From NCBI GenBank assembly GCA_028344575.1, contig JAOMBO010000005.1, forward strand, positions 780 to 64,779: a DNA stretch of 64,000 nucleotides, read 5' to 3'. Every line of letters starts with the position of its first letter. Position 1 is the stretch's first letter. Under the pieces are notes generated by a model that was given only the letters and a program-made list of their open reading frames with translations, did not search any database and had not been told where the DNA came from. The position numbers and the translations under genes were made by a program. Origin of the DNA: Candidatus Nitrosopelagicus sp. GTDB lineage: Archaea; Thermoproteota; Nitrososphaeria; Nitrososphaerales; Nitrosopumilaceae. Shown in pieces: positions 58,554-64,000 of this stretch.

Positions 58554-59330
58554 ATGGATTTACTGGTTGCTTTCAAAAATGACCCTGCAGGCCACAATAT
58601 GGCGAAATTCATCTCTCAAAAGATGGAGAAAGATGGGGATATCTATCGTGGGAATGAATTTGATTTAGTTGAAATTGATTCTCCTACAATTTCTGCAGAT
58701 TGGTTGGATGGAAAATATGATTATGATGGATTTATCTTCCTATCAAAACATGCAGCTGAATCTGGAACTCTTGCTTTGACTTGTCATAGCACTGGAAATT
58801 TCAGTGAAGCTAAATTTGGTGGAAATTCAAAAGAATTAGCAATACCCTATCCTAATCTGCAGAAAAAATATCTACAAAAACTCTGGGATCATCATGAATC
58901 TTTTTCAGATTTTCAAATAACCATAGAAGCGACCCACCATGGACCTACTCATCTTAAGAAACCATCAATCTTTGTTGAAATTGGAACCACTGAGTTACAA
59001 TGGAATGATGAAACTCTTTGTTCATCTGTAGCACAGTTGGTGGTGGAAACACTTGAGACTTCGTCTGATTCACATTCTTTTGCTATCTGTTTTGGTGGAA
59101 CACATTATTCTGAAAAATTCACAAAAGAATTACTTTTTGGCAAATATGCCTTAGGAACTGTCATGCCAAAACATGCATTAGAGTTTTTGAATCCTGATAT
59201 ATTTGAGCAATTGATTACCAAAAATTATGGTGCAGAAGCAGCTTTACTTGATTGGAAAAGTTTGGGAAAACATAAACAAACTCTAATTGATCTTTTGTCC
59301 ACTACTAATCTAGAGGTTATAAAAATTTGA
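58554..59330 (+). CDS. dtdA: D-aminoacyl-tRNA deacylase (archaeal DTD2)
   Basis: DPAG, FLSKH, LTCHSTGN, EATHHGPT, FVEIG, GGTHY. Confidence 0.92.
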   Translation: MDLLVAFKNDPAGHNMAKFISQKMEKDGDIYRGNEFDLVEIDSPTISADWLDGKYDYDGFIFLSKHAAESGTLALTCHSTGNFSEAKFGGNSKELAIPYPNLQKKYLQKLWDHHESFSDFQITIEATHHGPTHLKKPSIFVEIGTTELQWNDETLCSSVAQLVVETLETSSDSHSFAICFGGTHYSEKFTKELLFGKYALGTVMPKHALEFLNPDIFEQLITKNYGAEAALLDWKSLGKHKQTLIDLLSTTNLEVIKI

Positions 59331-59626
59331 AAATAGAAGAAAAAATTTATAGAAAATTACTAGAAGTTCCTCCAGGTCATGTAACAACATATGGTGATCT
59401 TGCAAAAGCAATTAATTTAAAAAATGGACAAAGAGTTGTAGGACAAATAATGAAAAATAATCCATTTCCTGTTATTGTTCCGTGTCATCGTGTTGTAAAA
59501 TCTGATGGAACTATAGGTGGTTACGCATATGGTTCTGAAAGAAAAAAGCATATGCTATCAAAAGAAGGATTAAAAATTAATGATGATAAAATTTCAGACT
59601 TTAAAAATAACTTATTTCGATTCTAA
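59327..59626 (+). CDS. ogt: O6-methylguanine-DNA methyltransferase (C-terminal domain only)
   Basis: VPPGHVTTYG, RVVG, VPCHRVV active-site Cys. Confidence 0.88.
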   Translation: MKIEEKIYRKLLEVPPGHVTTYGDLAKAINLKNGQRVVGQIMKNNPFPVIVPCHRVVKSDGTIGGYAYGSERKKHMLSKEGLKINDDKISDFKNNLFRF

Positions 59627-60078
59627 GATTTTTGTACAGTAATTTCTTCTGCAATCACAGTTCTTAGATGCGCTTTATTTCTTATTGTGTTACCGCCGAT
59701 TTTTTTATAAATTGCTTTGAATGATTCGTTTGTAATTTCCTTACGATCTTTTGATACTTTGAGAAGATATCTTAAAGCACGAACTTTGTTAACATATACT
59801 GTTTTCTTACCAACTCTTGCACCTTTTCTTCCTTTCTTAGAACCTTGTTTTGTACCTCTTTTTGCCTTTTGAATTCTTTTTGCTTGTGCTCTTCCATGAG
59901 ATGTACCTGTAAATGATTTGATTGTAATTGTATTTGCAGTAATTAAACTTCTAATATCATCTCTGGTAATTGCATCTGCAACATCATCTAAATGTTCATT
60001 ATCAAATCTTACACGATTTACGCCAACGCCAACAATTCTTGAGACAAGTCTCTTTTTTGATTTAAGATTAACTGGCAT
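59623..60078 (-). CDS. rpl19e: 50S ribosomal protein L19e
   Basis: NLKSKKRL, AITRDDIR, GSKKG..GAR. Confidence 0.95.
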   Translation of the reverse strand: MPVNLKSKKRLVSRIVGVGVNRVRFDNEHLDDVADAITRDDIRSLITANTITIKSFTGTSHGRAQAKRIQKAKRGTKQGSKKGRKGARVGKKTVYVNKVRALRYLLKVSKDRKEITNESFKAIYKKIGGNTIRNKAHLRTVIAEEITVQKS

Positions 60079-60466
60079 TTTGACTCACTCTTGCATTAAA
60101 CACTTTGAATTTTTTTTCTATTGCAATTTTCATAATATCTCTTCTCTTTTTTGCACCTACGCTGTGACCAAATCTAATTCCATCTTCTTTTGGATTTAAT
60201 TTGTCTAAATCGTCTGCGTTATGTACTAGATTATCTGTATAACCTGATGGATGTAATCCGTAAGCAATTTTTGGTGTACCGTATCCTACTTTAACTAATC
60301 CTGGACGACCACGACTTTTTTGTTTTCTCTGGTGGTTATCCATTCCTTTTGGTTTTCTCCAACCAGTTTCCAATCTAGTATATCTCCAGCTCTCTGGACG
60401 AATAAACTCCGGTCTGCTAACTCTAGCTTCTTCTCTTGCTTGAAGTTTTTCTTTATTGATTGGCAT
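60068..60466 (-). CDS. rpl32e: 50S ribosomal protein L32e
   Basis: FIRPES, WRKPKGMDN, GYGTP, GLHPSG. Confidence 0.95.
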   Translation of the reverse strand: MPINKEKLQAREEARVSRPEFIRPESWRYTRLETGWRKPKGMDNHQRKQKSRGRPGLVKVGYGTPKIAYGLHPSGYTDNLVHNADDLDKLNPKEDGIRFGHSVGAKKRRDIMKIAIEKKFKVFNARVSQNAS

Positions 60467-60600
60467 AGAGTTAAACTTTGAAATTTAACATAAATACGTA
60501 TCTAAGTTTCAGATTATTGGATCTGAGAAAGAGATAATAATATTCAATTTTTCCCAAAAGTCCTTGACTAAGACACATAGTATTGAGAGGGATTTTTGAT

Positions 60601-62193
60601 ATGTCTAACACTAGTTCAAACGTACATGATCAGCTAGTGGAATTTGGAGTAAATCCTCACTCAATTCATCGAAATCTAACTGTTGAAAAACTAGTCGAAC
60701 AATCACTTGAGACAAATGAAGGAATGTTGACTTCTACAGGTTCATTATCTGTAAAAACTGGAAAATACACTGGTCGTTCCCCTCAAGATCGTTACATTAT
60801 TTATGATGATGAAACTCATGAAACAATTGATTGGGGTGACGTCAATAGACAATTTCCAACTGAAAAATTTAATTCTGTTTTTGAAAAAATGAAAAAACAT
60901 GCAGAAGGAAAGGATCTTTATGTTTTTGATGGATTTGTAGGTGCTGACAAAGAAAATAGATTAGCAATTCGTGTAATTAATGATCATGCATGGCAAAATC
61001 TTTTTTGTAGACAATTGTTTGTAAGGCCATCAAATGAGGAATTAGACTCCCATGTTCCAGATTTTACAATTTTATGCTTAAATGACTTTGAAACAATTCC
61101 TGAAATTGATGGAACCCGAACAAATATTTTCATTTTAATAAATCTCTCAAAACGAATTGTATTGATTGGTGGAACAAACTATGCAGGTGAAATGAAAAAA
61201 TCTATGTTTGCCGTAATGAATTATTTGATGCCAAAAAAAGATGTTTTTCCAATGCATTGTTCTGCAAATATTGGTAAAAACGGTGATACTGCATTATTCT
61301 TTGGTTTATCTGGTACTGGAAAAACAAGTCTATCTGCAGACCCTCAACGTATGTTAATTGGTGATGATGAACATGGTTGGTCTCAAAGTGGAGTCTTTAA
61401 TTTTGAAGGTGGCTGTTATGCAAAATGTATCAACCTAAATGAAGAAGCAGAACCTCAAATTTGGAATGCCATAAAGTCCGGAGCAGTTCTTGAAAATGTT
61501 GTAGTAAACAAAGATACTTTGAAACCTGATTTTGATGATGGTAGTTTAACTGAAAATACTCGTGCAGCATATCCTTTAGATTACATTCCAGGAGCTGTAA
61601 TTCCAAGTGTAGGTGGTCATCCAAAAGTTATAATATTTTTAACTGCTGATGCATTGGGTGTTTTACCACCTGTATCAAAATTAACAAAAGAAAGTGCAAT
61701 GTTTCATTTCATGTCTGGTTACACAAGTAAACTTGCTGGTACTGAACGCGGAATTAAAGAACCAAAAGCGACATTTTCTGCATGTTTTGGTTCACCATTT
61801 ATGCCTCGTCCTGCATCTGTATATGCAAAAATGTTGGGGGAAAAAATTCTTGAACATAATACTGTTGTTTATTTAATCAACACTGGATGGTCTGGTGGTC
61901 CATATGGCGTTGGAAAAAGAATTAGCATAAAATATAGTCGTGCAATGGTAACTGCAGCTTTAACTGGAAAATTTGATTTAATAAAATTCAGACATGATGA
62001 TACCTTCAATCTTGATGTTCCTACTGAATGCCCTGGAGTACCTTCTGACGTATTAGATCCAAAAAATACATGGATTGACAAGGATTCCTATGATTTGTCC
62101 GCAAAGAAATTAGCACAAATGTTTGGTGAAAACTTTACAAAATTCAAAGATGTTTCTTCTGAAATTAGAGATGCTGGACCTCAAATTCAATAA
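60601..62193 (+). CDS. pckA: Phosphoenolpyruvate carboxykinase (ATP)
   Basis: [44 protein letters not shown]. Confidence 0.96.
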   Translation: MSNTSSNVHDQLVEFGVNPHSIHRNLTVEKLVEQSLETNEGMLTSTGSLSVKTGKYTGRSPQDRYIIYDDETHETIDWGDVNRQFPTEKFNSVFEKMKKHAEGKDLYVFDGFVGADKENRLAIRVINDHAWQNLFCRQLFVRPSNEELDSHVPDFTILCLNDFETIPEIDGTRTNIFILINLSKRIVLIGGTNYAGEMKKSMFAVMNYLMPKKDVFPMHCSANIGKNGDTALFFGLSGTGKTSLSADPQRMLIGDDEHGWSQSGVFNFEGGCYAKCINLNEEAEPQIWNAIKSGAVLENVVVNKDTLKPDFDDGSLTENTRAAYPLDYIPGAVIPSVGGHPKVIIFLTADALGVLPPVSKLTKESAMFHFMSGYTSKLAGTERGIKEPKATFSACFGSPFMPRPASVYAKMLGEKILEHNTVVYLINTGWSGGPYGVGKRISIKYSRAMVTAALTGKFDLIKFRHDDTFNLDVPTECPGVPSDVLDPKNTWIDKDSYDLSAKKLAQMFGENFTKFKDVSSEIRDAGPQIQ

Positions 62194-64000
62194 TTTTTTC
62201 TGAATTTTAATCCGACTAATACTACTATACTAAAAATTATTCCTAAAATTATTAATGCTCTTTCTGGAACTTCTGAATTTTCAACAATTGGTTTTTCTTC
62301 ACTCAAATCCTTTTTGATATCATAAATTTCATACACGTCAAATGTATCTTCATTATTTTTTATATTTGCCTCAATCCAATATCTTCCTGCATCATATAGT
62401 TTCAAACCCTCAAATGTTTTTGGTGTTATAGAAATACTACGTTCCTCAAATGTTTCACTATTAGTAATTGTTATTTTTGCATATTCCCAATCTAATGGTC
62501 GTTTCACTTGAAAAGATAATTCATTTTCAGATTCTAAAATAACTATTGATGCTTCACTGACTTTAACAATTATTGGAATTTGATACATTATGTCATTATT
62601 AGTAATTAATGCCCTAGTTTCAAAATTACCTGATTCATTTTTAATTAATTTTGAGGTTATGTATAATGTTGAATCTCTAATTTCATAATCAAACTCAACA
62701 TTATCTAAATCTGAAAATTCTACTTTCTGAATATTGATATTTCCAGTTAATGACTCAATTCTAGTTCCATTTTCTTCTGATGTTTTATGCTCAGATAGAT
62801 TGAAAATCAACATTGGTGGTTCAAATATTAATTCTGAGTTGAATGCTTTTTTCAAATCAATTCTTCCTGCTCCTCCAGCATCAAATTCAAATTCCTTTTT
62901 GTATTCATCTGTGATTATATCTGAAGTTGTAACTAGTATGGATTTTATTTCATGAGGTGTAAAATCTGGATTCTTTTCTAGTAACAGTGCAATTGCTCCT
63001 GAAACATGTGGTGCAGCATAACTTGTTCCACTTGTAATATTATAGAAATTCTTCAATGACGTTGTATTAACAAAAACTCCTGGTGCAACCAAGTCTGGTT
63101 TCTGATAAAATGGGGAAACCGGTCCTCTTGAACTAAATGTTGCAAGAAAATCTGGATGATTAAATACGTTAAGTGTACCAGATGTTTCACTTTCAAGAAT
63201 TTTTTTTAATTCTAATCCTTCTTCTCTTGTCATTGAAACTGTCGGTATTGTTGGATAGTAATCTTCACTAACATACTCGTGAATTAATTCTCCAAAAAAT
63301 ATTCCTGGTTGGTTATTGTATACGATTAATCCTTTTGCACCATTTTTTGAGGCAAAAATCTCTTTATCTGAGAAAAAAACGATTTCATCTGGTGTCTCTC
63401 CACCTCTTTCTGCTAAAACAATCTTACCTTTGACATCTATGCCATCAAAATCATTCTCTCTGCTATATTCGCCAAATACAATTTGAGCTGATATAGGATC
63501 TGAAATTATATTTGTCCCTAACATTGGTAACACTTGGAATTGTGTTTCTTCAACCTCTAATGTTGAAACCATGCTTGAATCACGGTTATTGTAAGTGGCT
63601 CCTACTGTGATTGCATTAGGATTTTTTGCTGGACTTCCAATAGTACTCTTATCCGGACCGCTATTTCCTGCAGCAGCCACTACCACAATTCCTTGACTAA
63701 TTGCATTATTTACTGCCTCGTCAATTTTATTGTGAGTCATGTTTACGCCTAGACTGATGTTTATGATATCCACTTTATCTTCTACTGCTTGATTGATAGC
63801 TTTTATTATCAAATTTGATGGAACTGATTCTCCATCTGATGAAACTCTATATGAAAAAATTTCTGCCATAGGAGCTATTCCTTTTAGCTGACCATCAGCC
63901 GCAATTATTCCTGTCACTTGTGTACCATGTCCGTTTGTATCTTGTGGAACTGTATCGTTATCTACAAAATCATATCCTTTCAAAAATCGAGATTTTTCAT
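62187..64000 (-). CDS. Membrane-anchored subtilisin-family (S8) protease with PA domain (5' end outside window)
   Basis: GHGTQVTG (His), AAGNSG (Asn), PA insert, [10 protein letters not shown] (Ser), C-terminal TM plus basic tail; frame open to the window edge. Confidence 0.92.
   Translation of the reverse strand, partial: EKSRFLKGYDFVDNDTVPQDTNGHGTQVTGIIAADGQLKGIAPMAEIFSYRVSSDGESVPSNLIIKAINQAVEDKVDIINISLGVNMTHNKIDEAVNNAISQGIVVVAAAGNSGPDKSTIGSPAKNPNAITVGATYNNRDSSMVSTLEVEETQFQVLPMLGTNIISDPISAQIVFGEYSRENDFDGIDVKGKIVLAERGGETPDEIVFFSDKEIFASKNGAKGLIVYNNQPGIFFGELIHEYVSEDYYPTIPTVSMTREEGLELKKILESETSGTLNVFNHPDFLATFSSRGPVSPFYQKPDLVAPGVFVNTTSLKNFYNITSGTSYAAPHVSGAIALLLEKNPDFTPHEIKSILVTTSDIITDEYKKEFEFDAGGAGRIDLKKAFNSELIFEPPMLIFNLSEHKTSEENGTRIESLTGNINIQKVEFSDLDNVEFDYEIRDSTLYITSKLIKNESGNFETRALITNNDIMYQIPIIVKVSEASIVILESENELSFQVKRPLDWEYAKITITNSETFEERSISITPKTFEGLKLYDAGRYWIEANIKNNEDTFDVYEIYDIKKDLSEEKPIVENSEVPERALIILGIIFSIVVLVGLKFRKNY

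Overview
A 64 kb, low-GC, gene-dense chromosomal segment from a marine ammonia-oxidizing archaeon (Nitrososphaerota/Thaumarchaeota, Nitrosopumilales; plausibly Nitrosopelagicus-like). It is mostly core genome: sdhACDB, argH, acetyl/propionyl-CoA carboxylase of the 3HP/4HB cycle, an 11-subunit complex I operon (nuoABCDHIJKMLN, no nuoEFG), leuS, alaS, RLI/ABCE1, scattered ribosomal protein genes, pckA, six tRNAs and a stand-alone 5S rRNA. No integrase, transposase or CRISPR array was seen. Features missing from the ORF track: (1) a box C/D guide RNA just downstream of a tRNA(CAU), whose two guides match the conserved H69/H70 region of archaeal 23S rRNA as recalled; (2) two tandem surface-protein genes with a shared signal peptide and shared downstream domain but unrelated central domains, bounded by near-identical DNA boxes (possible cassette exchange); (3) two small ORFs (DUF1059-like and a C2H2 zinc finger), a partial FNR paralog and a frameshifted Cys-rich gene; (4) a HemA homolog lacking its catalytic Cys; (5) several candidate operators. 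All calls come from reading the sequence and recalled family motifs; no searches were run.
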